This document shows, piece after piece, positions 36,301 to 50,100 of a DNA stretch of 64,000 nucleotides. A model generated the notes under the pieces. That model did no database searches, was not told the DNA's origin, and was given only the letters and a program-made list of their open reading frames with translations. The translations under genes were made by a program, and so were the position numbers. Origin of the DNA: Phoronis australis. Lineage: Eukaryota > Animalia > Phoronida. The stretch spans positions 1,962,933 to 2,026,932 of the forward strand of contig NMRA01000001.1 of assembly GCA_002633005.1 (NCBI GenBank), in the 5' to 3' direction. Position 1 is the stretch's first letter; the number at the start of each line of letters is the position of its first letter.

Positions 36301-39300
36301 AAGTCTCAGATCATTCTGGCAGATCAGGTATCCCCAGCCAGCTCAGTTGTATCCTGACTGAAGGAGCTGTCAGTGGCCACCCACAAGGCATCATCCCCAC
36401 CTAGCTCCCAAAAAATTTGACAACACATCACTTTGGCGGCACCCTCGTGCCAATTTCTACACTCTCTGCAGAAGGCTGCAAGAACTGCTGGCTGTTCTCT
36501 GTAGTCCTCTAAATGAAGCCATGTTGACGAGTTGGCAATTCTGTGCGGACCGACCACGGTGACAGCAGCAGTTGCTGCAGCAGATACCCATGAGCACCTG
36601 AACAATCTCCTTTACACCAAAGTTGTGGGAGGACGTGGGTGCAAGTTCCTGAGGGGTGCTCTTGCCTGTGGGGTAATCTCTTCAACCCCTTTCTTGATGA
36701 CTGCACACAGATGGTGATCCTGAGCGTGGATGGATAATTATAAAACCTACACGAACTTTAAAATTAGCGCGTAAGTAAATAACGACATATCTATCCAACG
36801 TTTTGGTAGAATGGCCATATTGCTACCGTAGACGATTGATCACATTTGATTTAGGCCAGCACAGAAGCATGAACTTTAAAACCTACAAGTTGTATTTCTA
36901 ATGAGAAGACCATGGCTGAGATTTTCGGCTGGCTCTGTCTACTGTGGCTCTGGATCTTTGGAGGATTTTTGTAAAATTTGGCAAATAGTTTTGTAATAGA
37001 GAGACGACAATGCCTTTCCGACTTTGGACATGTTCAATGTATTTTGCACTAGCTGGTGGCCACTTTTTATACTAAAAACCCTAGGACACCTTTTGCGGCG
37101 CAGCTGTGGATGCATTTAAATGCTTTGGGTTGCTCTTGTTGTGCTTAGTAGGCGCCTACACTTTGCTTGACATTTGCCTGGAGTCTCACATCCAGGCCCA
37201 AGTCATTTAAGCTAGTTCTCATAATTCAGGAGTGTTTATCAATATGGGTATTGTGAGGAGATAGTGTAGACAAGACTAAGTAGTTTGGTTATATAGAGCA
37301 TCTGGGCTTCAGCTGTTAAGACAGTATGGAACGTACATAATGAATACGCCTTCTTTGGATTTTGTGGAAATAAAACCTGACTTCTTACATGCTCTTCCGT
37401 TTCATTTGAAACGGTAATTCTGAATTAAGATTCATTTGGTAGAAATGTCAGTGGTGGTATCTGTGATCTGCTGTGTCCTCCACTTTTGTGAGCATTGATT
37501 TGTGATCTGACTGTCAAGCTGAAATGTGCTCAACTTATCTACATTGGTCTTGAAACTGTTTCAAACTTGTGGTCTGCTCGTGCTAGTTCTACCATTGTTT
37601 GTTAATGTGAAACAGCTTTTTTATTCCAATATTTCAATCATTTATTACTTTTATTATAACTGATTAGTCGCTTCGTAGTAACTTGCTCCTAGACTTATTT
37701 TGTGATTAGTACCGATGAACACATTGTGAATTTCTTTTTTATTAACAGATTTACTGATGGAAGATTTATGCTATATTTGGTTTAGGACAGTAACGCTGTC
37801 TACTTGGATTCTAAGGATTTTTTGGGCAGTTATATTTGGTATAGTTGGATGGTTAACTGGACGCCAAGGCAGGTACTTCTGTACATTATATAATCTGTCT
37901 GTTTTTATGCACCCACGTATTTATATGTAGGTGCATATTGCCATCATCTCTGTGTGGGCTTCTGGGGTATTTTGTGCCGCCTAGTGGCCATTTTTATTGT
38001 TTTCAAGTCTATTTTTGGCGTCCGTCCCTATGTCATCCAAACTAATCTACGGAACGATAGTAAAATTTGTCATGTTTGTTCTTACTATGAAGAGAACGAC
38101 TAGCAGATTTTCTGATGACTGCGACTACTGTGGCGCCTCTTAGTGGCAGTTTTGTTTTTTTCTTGCGCCCATACCTGTATCTCCTAAGCCCTCTGCAGGA
38201 TCTTTTTTAGATTTAGCATGTGTATTTGTATGAAATTAACAAAGGAAGACGACAACTTTCTGATGGATCCAACAAACACTGTCAGTGCCTCCTAGTGGCA
38301 ATTTCCTTTTTTTTTGTTTTAATGCGTCTGAAGTTCCTCGACAAATTTTCATGAAATTTGGTAAATAGCTTTCTTTTAAAGAAACGGTGATATTTTCCGG
38401 TTTTCAGACATGGCTTCGACATATTTTGTGCCATCTAGTGGCTAGTTTTATTGCTTTCTTTGTCTGTTTTTGGTGTGTGCCACCTGTCAACCAAACCACG
38501 CTTAGGATGATTGTGGAAATTTACTTATATGTCCTTAGTGTGAAGAGGATATTGGTTGACAATGATTTACCGACTTCAATTACTGTGGCGCCTCCTAGTG
38601 GGAATTTTGTTTTTGCCCCCTTAGCTGTATCTTCTAAGCCCTCTGCAGGATCTCTATTAAATTTAGCAAGTGTATTCATATAAAATTGACAACGAAAGAC
38701 GACAACTTGCAGATCAGATAAATGCTTTGCCCCCTAGTGGCAGTTTCATTTTTTCCATTTTGCTCTGTCTCTCTAAAGTTCCTTGACGGATTTTCATGAA
38801 ACTTGGTAAATAGCTTTCTGTTAAAAAAACGGTAGCATTTTCCCGTTTTTGATGGATTCGAAGTTTTGCTCAGTCCAGTGGCCATTTTTGTGATACAAAT
38901 GAACACCCTAGAAGCACACCGTTTGCAGTGGATTTGTGGGTGCATTTCAACGCTCCGCATCGCTCTTGTAGTTTTACTCTGTTGTTTTGCCCGTAGACAC
39001 ATCCACCTAATTCCACATATAGGCCTTGGCTCACATTCAAGTCCTTATTGGCATATGTATGTTTATTAAAAGTTATGGATGCATTTTGTGGCAAGAATGG
39101 CTGTCTGTTACAGTTTTCAGTCTGTCCCTTCCCAATGGGGTCTTTCAGTATTTAGTGTTGGCCGCAGGGGGTGCACCATGTTTTATCCTTTAAGTGAATA
39201 TGCTACTGTCACTTTTCAGGACGTGTAGTTGTATCATCACTTTGTTTTTATCATAAATGCATAATGTCACGTGTGGGTATTGTCTGATTGTGACTTGCTC

Positions 39301-42300
39301 TTGTTAATCGTAATGTGTTGATGCCGTTTAACATGGAAGTTATCGTAGTCCGATGAAGTATGCAATCTAATGTAAACGTGTGATTTTTAGAAAAATGAAT
39401 AACATACTGATTGTCAAATTTTCTTTTCTAAGTAACAAGCTATTTTTGAGCATCCATGGAATTGACATTACATTTTTGTGTGCCCACATATTTATAGATG
39501 GATTCATATGTTAGTTTTTTCCGTAACTATACCTCTGTACCTTCGAAGGTCCTCAACAGATTTTCATAAAATTTGGGTGTTGGGCATCTATTAGTGAGAT
39601 GACGTTATCCTCCGGTTCTCAGATGGATTCATGGTATTTTGCGCCACCTAGTGGCTATTTGTACTGTTTTCGAATCTGCACCTCTGTCAACCAAACCAAT
39701 CTAAGAATGATTGTGAAAATTGGCAAAAATTTCCTGCTGTTGACAACAGATGGCAGTGACTTTTAGATGGATTCGACAAACGCTATGTCCTCTAGTGGCA
39801 ATTCAATTTTTTCCATTTTCCTCTTTCTCTAATTCATGCGCCTTGACAATTTTATCAAATTTGGTAGTAAATAGCTTTCTATTGAAACTGGCCATTTCTG
39901 TGATACAAATAAACTCTCCTAGAAGCACACCATTTGCGGTGCATTCATGGGCACATTTCAATGCTCCGCGTTACTCTTAATTTAGTCTCACCTCGCGCTA
40001 GCTGCTAGCCAGCTTGCCATTGGCGAATTCTGAGCAACACTTGCAATTCTGAGCAACACTTGCAATGTTAGAGCTAAGTCCATTCACCAACTTTGTGAAT
40101 GCTTTTCAACTTGACAACAAAAATTCGGGAGACTTACTTGGGTGTCGACTAACAGGCAACTCGAATCAAGTCGCCCCTGCCCGATTGTTTTTAGGTCAAC
40201 ATCAATGAAATGCCCATGTGACGGGCCTACCCCCGACTTAACTTGGGGGTTGGGGAATCCCTGCTCAATTTGTTTTTAAAGTGAACGCCATTAAAATGCC
40301 CGTGTGACTGGCCCACCACGAGGCAACCCAGGGATAGAGAGAAAGTACATATTTGGTTAAGAATTTTTGAAAATCGCTAAAAGTTTTCAGATGCTTTAGC
40401 CATTTTGGCTAATACCTTTAAAAGTCTAATACGAGCCTAGTTAGTATTTTGAACTGAGCTCCCAATGTTGATTCTGCCTCAAAAGCAGTGTAGCTGTCAA
40501 CCAAATTGGGAATTGGCTGATTTCCTGCACAACTGCAAACGAGCCTAGATGTAGTCATGTTCGTGGTTGATTTGTTAAATGTTATTATGTCTCATTCTGA
40601 ATTGACGAATAGGCCCAAATCAGGTGCGTTACATACTGTTGTTACAACTGATATGTTTTGTAAATATGTAAACTCACTGGGGGACGAGTTTGAACGTTTC
40701 AGTCAACTACAATCAACTTTCATCAACAAAGGAGGCACCTTGCACGCTTACATTTTATGTCAGACTAAAAGATCCTACTTATGTGGGCAAACATTCTTGT
40801 GTTATTGATAGAATCTTGTGTTACCAAGACGCCTCGCACACATACGTAGGAGAGACCAAGCGTAATATGGATGTTAGACTTAAAGAGCGTATTAAGAAAC
40901 TGGATAAACCTACAGCTGTTAGTGAATACATGATCGTGAGCGGCCATTTCATCTCCATGGAGAACGTTAACATTATTGAAAAGGAGTCTGAATTGGTACT
41001 CACATAAGATCAAAGAGTCTATCACGATCTGTACTCAGTACCCCCCCTTGAACCGTGACCTAGGCGTCAAATTACCTCCCTTGTACACTCAACTATTAAG
41101 AACACAAGCGCCATGGGGACTTCATTCACTGACAACAGCTGATTGCAGTAAGCTGAAATGTTCGAACTTGTCTCCCCTGGTAAGCGAGTTTACATATTTA
41201 TAACATGACATCAGGAGACAATGAACAATCTGTTTTATCAATTGATATGTGGTTTGTATAGATGAACAATGTACTTGTCTGTATAATAAATGGATACTAG
41301 TACTGCTACTATACTATCCTACGTGTTATCTGGATTGTATTCAGTTCTCAATTTTAACTTTGTGATTCTTACTACGCAGCAATGAAAGTGCGGTAATGTG
41401 TAAAATTTTTGTTTCTATTTTAGCGTAACGAAAGAGAAGCCGTTGACAAATATGCGCTTCGTTGTTACCAAGACAAATAAATCGAGCGGCGAAGTGAAGA
41501 AAGCCATTGAAGACTTGGGTGGCATTGTGGTCTCCAAAGTGGACAACATGGTGGCGGCTGTAATTAGTACTGAAGGTAACAACATGCTTCCAATGTTTCT
41601 CTTGGCAGCGGTCTCAGAAGGCTCTTGACCCTAAGTCGTTGTAGTCCTAGGACCCGTTCCAAGAAAACTGACTAAATTTAAGTCAATTTTAAGATAAAAA
41701 CTTCAATTTGTCTTAAGTCCGTTCCGAGAAAGTGATCTTCAGTTTGACTTAAGTTTTTTGCTTAATTTTGTCTTCAGTTTGACTAACTTACCCGATGTGG
41801 AACTTGAGACAAATCTTAGACTTAAGTCAAAAATAAACTTAGTCAATTTCTTGGAAAGAGCCTCTGTGTTCCAGGCTTGCTGAATTTAGTCCTTTGAAAG
41901 ATGTCTTACCGTATACTTTGTAGCTTGAAATTTGTTTACATTGTCACGCGCTAAACCAGATTTGATTCATGTTGTATCTGTGGACATGGGAGCATGCAAC
42001 AACAATGTTCCTTTTAAGTATGCTTCATAAAAATAATGAAAAACTATACTGTTTGTGAAATTCTTGAAGTTAATTAAGGCTTTCTGCAGATCTTTGTGTT
42101 TTTATGAGATTTTATTTGCCAGAAATAACTTGCTCAACTCCGTGACGAGGGAAACAACTTAAATGTTTGCAGATGAGGTTGAGAAAAGTAGTACAAAGGT
42201 CAAACAGGCCAAGAAAGCAGACGTTCATGTTGTGTCCGAGAAATTTTTGGATGCTGTGAAAAAAGGCGGGGCTGTCATTATGATTCAGCAGTATAGCATC

Positions 42301-44102
42301 GCCCCCTGGGGTGGAGACGTAAGTTGGTGCACATTGATAGTGGATGATATCGTGATTCTGATACCGCAAGCTAGTAACACGATTGGAACACGGGTAGCAG
42401 TTGTGTTTCTGTTGATAGCATTGGCGAATAGGCTCGAATTGCTAATCACGCATGTCAGTTTTCTGATTGAAAAGTTGTGGATTCATGTTCAAGGGCTTGT
42501 CACAGCAAGAAATACTTGCATATCTGTCTACATGTTCATGGGATATTCAAATTCTCATACATCTATAGAAGTATCACTGAAATGGGAGACATGTTCAATT
42601 TCAACAAATGTGGTTACGTTAATCTTCTTTTGGTAATTACCAGCTGGAGGCTTAGAGAGACTAATGTGCACGTGTTTGTGGTTGTGGGGAAATAGAAACG
42701 TATAAAGTCTCATTTCGGATACAAAATAATCACTCACAAACGATGAAAAATCCAATTTCCTAGTCACCGAAACATTGAAATATGTCCCTCAAGTTTTTCT
42801 TCTGTATTTGGGATTTAACTTTATGGAAATTTTTCTTATTTGTCACTTAACTTTGGCATGGTGCTTTGTGGGGAAATCTAAAGCTACTCCAGTACAGAAC
42901 ATTGTCTTTGTCTTTCTGTTAGCATTTGTATCAGCTTGGCTACAGTTATATTCTTTTCTTTAGCCCAACAAGAGAATCCTTGACACAGTGGATGGACCAG
43001 TCGGAAAGCAGTTTAGCAAGAGTGCAGCTTTGGCTAAGAAAGACGGTGAGATGAGCTTGTAAAATGATAATCACATAATGTTCTTTCCGTGTCCCAACAA
43101 AAGAGAGCATTCCTATCAAGATGTGCATGCAACCTACCTAATATATTTACTTAATACCTACATGCATGTGTGGGTTCGTATTACCATCATCTGTGTCGGG
43201 GCTTCCAGCATCCGCTGCGATATCTCCTAATTCTCTAGCAGGATCTTAATGAGATTCGACAGATGTGTTCCTATGAAGCTGACAACAAATGACGGACAAG
43301 TTACGAACTGCTCTACCCATCAAATCACCCAGAGGATTATTATGAAAATCGGTAGATGTCATCCCACTGACAAGATAATGACTGGCATCGATTTTGGAAT
43401 AGGTACAACTTCTGTGGAGCCTCCTAATGGCATTTTTCCATCTGCTGCTGTGTTTCCAAGCCCCTTGAAGGATCTTAGTAAAATTTGGCAAGTTTATTCC
43501 TTAAACTCGTGAGCAGATGACAACTAGTTTTGGACAGTTCTGAGTACCAATGTACCAAGCCTCCTAGTGGCAATTTGTTTGTATTTATGCGTTTGCCTCA
43601 GTATCCTTGGAGTTCCTTCACAAATTTTAGTGACATTAGACAAATAGTTTTCTAATAAGGAGATGAAGATGTCTTTCCATTTTTGGCTCGTTTGACGCAT
43701 TGTGCACCATCTAGTGGCCATTTTTATGGTCCTAATGAGCACCCTTAGAAGCCTACCGTTTGCAGTGCAGTCATAGGTGTATTTCAACGCTTTGCATTGC
43801 TCTTGTTTTGTTTACTTGAAGTATAATATTTTCTGTAGTTGACTGTGCTGTTCATCTCTCGAAGTTGTAACTGTATCGTTTCTGTATGCGTTCACCTAAT
43901 TTTGCTTTAGATTAGAATATTGTTTCAAAAATGGGAGCCAGATACTCAGTCTGTGCACAGATTACATGTGACTGACACTTGACACTCCCTATAGTATACA
44001 TGCTCTCTGATGACTGTGGTCGGCTCTAGTAAAGAACCATGGACAGATACGGGGCAGACACGTGTGAATACAGGTAGTCTGTTGTGCGAGTACACACATG
44101 TG

Positions 44103-44141
<39 letters not shown>

Positions 44142-47100
44142 TCATACACACACACTTTCACAAATAAGTGGCAGACTAGTGCAGTTCCACACATATCTGC
44201 CATTGGAATCCTCTGATCCTGTAAGTATTCAGCATAGGAAGATACAATTTCTTGTTGTTTGAGATGGTCATTATGAACCACTTTGTAAATATTTATGTAT
44301 TAGCTAGATTGTTATAGGTGTCCTTAGTGTTTTTGAAAGTGCATTTCCCAAGTCTCTGTTGAAATCTTATTTGGGTAACAAATTTCAAACAAGCTGAATC
44401 CACCAAATTTGTCCCAAACAACAAGAAAATTGTTCCTGTTGCGACAAAAATTTTGGCAGAGTAGCCGTACACGGACTTTTCATGATATGCACCATGTCTT
44501 CAGTAGAATTCACAAGGGTCATGCTCTTCTTACAGAGTTGATGTACACAAAAGCAATACCTGACAAGGTGAAGATGATGGTGAAAGGTGGTGCTGCAGTC
44601 GATCCTGATTCAGGTAAGGCAGAGCGTGACATGTATTAATGTAGCAAAGGTTGGGTTTGTTGCTACGGACATTTTATTTACCGTTTTATAGAAGTATCTG
44701 GTGGGAATATTAATCTGCATTAATCCTATTGATTTCTTTCTGTATTGTCACATAACGCTTATGAGACTAAAGCATTTACAGTTTTGAAAAATTAATGCAC
44801 CAATCAAGTTGCGGCTATATCCTTGATTTCTGTCTTTCCAGCAATTCAATATTTTGTTCCAGCTAGTGAACGCACTGGGATCGCATGTAGTAGGAATTTC
44901 AAATGAGCTTTCTGTACCGATTGTGTAATAAAACATGAAACTATGTACACTGCGCTATGTCAGACTCCTACTTACTGCTGCATATGTTCTTGTTAAGTCT
45001 AATGTTTCCCTTGTGCTTTGCTAAGGTCTGGAGGCTGTGGCCCATGTCCTGCAGGATAACGGTGACCCGCTGACCGCCGTCCTTGGTATGGTGGACATAA
45101 GTGCTGGCATGAACTCTTTTTACAAGCTGCAGGTTCTAGAGATGGACAAAAACTCCAGGTACGTTTGTCTAGTCTCTAGCAGGGTAATAGTCTGACATAA
45201 CATGCCCATATTTTGAGAACCAGTTTGATGCCTGTTGTTCAGTGGAGAAAACTGGTTCTCAGAATTCGGCCACGTTATATTGGACCATTACTCTCTAGCT
45301 GGACTGTCTTCAGTGTGAGTACCTTAAGGGGACACTCACCTTTTTTACCAAGGGTCACATTTCTCCAAATATTGCTGAACAGTACAGTAGACTTGGTAGA
45401 ATAGACCACAGTCTCATAAAGGATGCAAGGCATTTTTGAGAACAGCCTTACGATCTTTTATTCAATCTTTTCTTTCCACTTCACACTCCAAGTCAGGTAT
45501 ACCGAAGTGGCTCTCATCCATTCCTTTTCATACATTCATTTACTCACTAGTAAGTACGAGCTAAGAGGAGTAGGAGACACCTTTGTGCAATGCTCGATTG
45601 TCTGCCAGTAAAGCCAGGATTTGAACCCGGGTCTCCCAGATGTGATCCTGAAACTCAAACCACTGAGCCACACTTTTGTACACATCATTTTCAGGTTTCC
45701 GCAACAAGTTTACAACCACTCTGTTTAAATAGTGTGGGTTGCCACCATTTGGAAACCAAACATTGTATAATGACAGATTTCATTGTAGAGTGCAAAATGT
45801 GAATAGAGAATTTGTTATCGTTTTGCATTTTCGATGGAAAAAATGAGCGTTCACCCATCTGTACTTTCAGGTATTACGTGTTCCGGTCGTGGGGACGCGT
45901 GGGCACAACCATTGGAGGCAATAAGACAGAGAAATTTGCTAGCAAGGCAGGTGCGGTAACAGAATTTAGGCGTCTCTATGGAGAGAAAACTGGCAATGAC
46001 TGGAGCGAGAGGAATAACTTTGTCAAATATCCAAACAGATTCTACCCTCTGGAAATAGATTATGGACAGGTACAGTTGTCGTGAACATATTTTTTTCTGC
46101 CACTGAACCATCCCTCCTCTCAACTAGGCAGGTGGTTGAGTTGGTAGAATAACTTGTTCCTTTTTTCATGGTCGGGCACACTTATACTTTCTTTTTAAAA
46201 TTTTTAAAAATTATTGGTTTATCGAATTGACGAAAAAATGGTTTGAGTTGCACGTACACACACAGACACAGAAACGTGCAAACACACTCGTATTTGGTAG
46301 GTCGTGAGAGGGGAAAAGAACTTTGTTTTCACTTAGACCTGAGGTGTTTACTGTTTGATGGAGTAGATGTTGCCGAAGCATCAATGATACTTTTACTGTT
46401 TCTTCAACAGAGTGAAAACAGGAAGCATGTGATTACCCAGAATGCTTTTCTTTGGACTGTTGTTTCAGTGGTGTCATCTTGTGAATTTTGAGCTTGTCAC
46501 TCTGTGCAGTGATCAATTTGGTCCCATTCAATGGTTTTTGTCAGTATGCATATAACTCTGATCATTTTCTACTGGCAATTCATCTTTTAATCTCCTTTTA
46601 TAAGAGCAGTGAAAAAATGCTGGCATGTGCGTTTTTCATGTTTATAAAACATTACAAAACATAATTCAATATGTAGGACATAATCTTCATACTTGGTTTT
46701 GCAATCATAGATTTAACATAATACATATTAAAAACATTTCTGATACTATAGGTAATCATTTCAATTCCAAAAACCATAATCTTCAAGATCTTTCTGTACA
46801 AATAATAGAGAAACTCCAATACCCCAGTACCCCTCACAGACTCAAAAAAGAACAATTTTGGATTAATAAGCTCAACACACTTGAACCTAATGGATTGAAC
46901 GTAAAGACTTCTGAAATTGTTTCCTTTACTTTTTCCGCAACAATGTCTCTTGCTCATTACGCCATAGTGACGAAGGATGTTATTATATCCGAAAATTTCA
47001 GTGATCATTTTTGTTGTTTTATTTACGTTTTTTTATTCTACTTTTCAACAAACAAGTGTATCATTTAGAGGATCTGGATCGCCTCTTTTAGTTTCGGATT

Positions 47101-50100
47101 TATTTTCTACATTATAAAATATATGTCAACCAATATAAATTTTTATACGAAACTTTATGTAACACATTTTAAGGTGACATTGCTGATAACTATGTGATAT
47201 CTATGTACCTGTGTTGGGTTTTTGTATTTTAAGTCCTTAAAATTCCCTGCCATCAAAAGAGTGTTTGTATTTATATTGAATGTTGTTTCAGGAGGAAGAA
47301 GATGTGAAAATGTTAGAGGCCAAAGCTGGTCAAACGTCCAAGCTGGACAAGGCAGTACAAGATCTTGTCAAGCTAATCTTGGACGTTGACAGCATGAAAA
47401 AAGCCATGGTGGAATTCGAGGTGAGGCTTGCTCAAGATTCATTGGTCAAGTGAGGCTTGCTCAAGTTTCATTGGCCAAGTTTGACTTGTTGTCACTGCGT
47501 TATTCCACAAATGATGCAAATTGGCATTTGAGCCCAAATTCACATGCCTTCACGATTTTTTTATTCAACAACTTATTATTTAAAATGACTTATTCTTAGT
47601 TATTAAAATGACACAGACAAAAATTTAATAATTAATAATATTAATAAGTTTGAATAAGTCATTTTAATTAATAAGCTGTTATTCTAAAATTTTTTTTAGA
47701 TTTTGAATAAGTCCTCTCGCTGCTATTAATTGGTCTGGGCTGGTACTTGATTCTGTTCAGAATCTATTTTCGCGCTATGGAAGAATAAAGAAACTGTTAT
47801 TGCTGAAGACTGATTTCAGTTAAATTTTGTTGGCTATTACATCAAATGCAGTATGACTGTCACCGTAATGTGAATCGACAATTTCAAGGTGTGAATACTT
47901 CTTGAAGTTATGAGTTAGCGCTTAGCGGCTTTAAAAGAATTGGATTTACTAAATTCCCTACTACATGGATGATACTTGATGAAACACAAATTGGTATTTT
48001 GTTTTTGTTGTCTGTCATTGATAATAAGCATAGGATTATCACGCAATAGTTCTTGTTTTTTTTGTTTTTTTTTTTCAGTAAAATGTCTTCCGGTTGATGC
48101 ACTCATGATTAATTTACTTCATTTGTGTTAGTAAAATTTGTGAATAGCTTGACGTAAACTCACTGTGTCTGCTTGTGTATTTTCAGATTGACTTAAAAAA
48201 GATGCCCCTTGGAAAACTTTCCAAAAAGCAAATAGAGAAGGCTTACTCTGTTCTGACAGAGTTACAGCAGGTGAGCACACCTTAGTGCTCAATTTGGCTT
48301 CCTACAATATAAACACAAAACATTCTAATGGTTATTTGTTGAGCTATGAATAACAATTTGAACTCTTCTTGATTTGCATTCACTATGTGTAATGCATTTG
48401 ACGCTCTGCTCCACTTTGGTGCCACTGGCTTTTATCATTATTTTCAAACATCGTGGAATTTGCACAGTTACTACGATAATATTTTGTTTGATTTCTCACT
48501 GTGTTTCAGTTACTGGACAAGAAGGAAAGTCCGACTAAGTTCTTGGATGCGTCCAACAGGTTCTACACGTTGATTCCGCATGACTTTGGCATGAAGAAGC
48601 CCCCACTTTTAGACACACAAGATGTTATCAAGGTGGGCACAAGGCGAATATTGGTAGTCATCTGCTCGTGAAGTGTGGTGAGATCACGTGCTCCGTTTGT
48701 TTAAACGCGCTGATATCACTTGCCAGGTTCACAAGATACTCTGATTATTGGGACTCAGTAATTAACATTTGTGAAGATGTCGTAACAGTCAGACAGTTGT
48801 CGATGTCATTATCTTTAAAATTTAATGCGTCAGTTAGGAGGTTGATGTCCCTCCAATGTATGTTTGTAACTTGTGCCCGTCACAAATTATTTAAAGTTGA
48901 GTGTCCTGCACGCTGTGCAAAATTACGAGGAAAAAGCCTCTGAGGCAAAACATGTTGCCGTGCAAATAAAGTGCAGTCTGTTTGGTTGATATCTCACTCA
49001 AATGGGAGCTCATCGCAGAAAAGGTGTGGATTGGCTTGCATATTTTAGGATATGTTTGATCTTAGAAACATTGATTTTGTGGTCAGTTCAATTGACAGTT
49101 AGCAATTGCTTATTTGGTGTCAGTAATTGTACACAGTTTACTAAGCATCTGCAACACTGTTGCTCAATACATTTGATTCGTGACTTCAGAATCAAATAGT
49201 ATTACGTTCACATAAGTGGCGAAAATGCTAGCGAATTACCTCTACACATGTTTGTCTTTTGAAGTAAGCGGTCTGGCTACAAAAGTGCTAGTGGAAACGT
49301 CAGTCATTTTGGGGTAACTCAACCTCCTGCAAAGCGCCAGTAAGTGATCTTTGCAACTGGTCACATTATTGGCATTTTTGCTGCGAGTTTCAGCCAGTTT
49401 GTGAACCAAGTAACACTGTCCTTGTTGTACAGAACATTGAGTTGTTTGTCACTGATTTTCACTGGAGGGTAACCCTTGGTAATTACTATTTGACCGTGGT
49501 TTCTAGGCTAAGATCGACATGCTTGATAATTTACTGGAGATCGAAGTGGCCTATAAACTGTTGAAGGCTGGAAATGAAGAGGGTAAACATCCTATAGATG
49601 CGCATTACGAGCAACTCAAAACAAAGATAAAGGTATGTACATGCTGATATGAAATACAGTATAACTCTAGAATTATTTGCGGAGCTACCTTGATATGTTC
49701 CACTGGTGAAACTATCAATCTTGTCTCTTGTGTTTTTAAGGTTCTTGACAAGGAGTCTGATGAGTTCAAACGCATTGTGGAGTTTGTGTCCAATACACAC
49801 GCTGCTACGCATAACACTTACGAACTGGAAGTAGAGGAGGTGAGACTGCTAGGCTGCGTTGTTGAAAATGCATACAGCGTCTATATTGTTACAAGTTTTG
49901 TACCCCTTGTTCCTAGGAATGGTATATGGCTTTGCACAAATCTACCAGTTTATCAGTGGATCAAACATGTCCATTCATAACAAGAAAACACGACACAGTT
50001 GTGATCCGCAGACGTGATTCGGTGGTTGGTCCTGACATGTAGATGACCCCTATCAATGATGGGATTTGCTTGTCAAAGTTCAAGGACATATGAAAATCTT

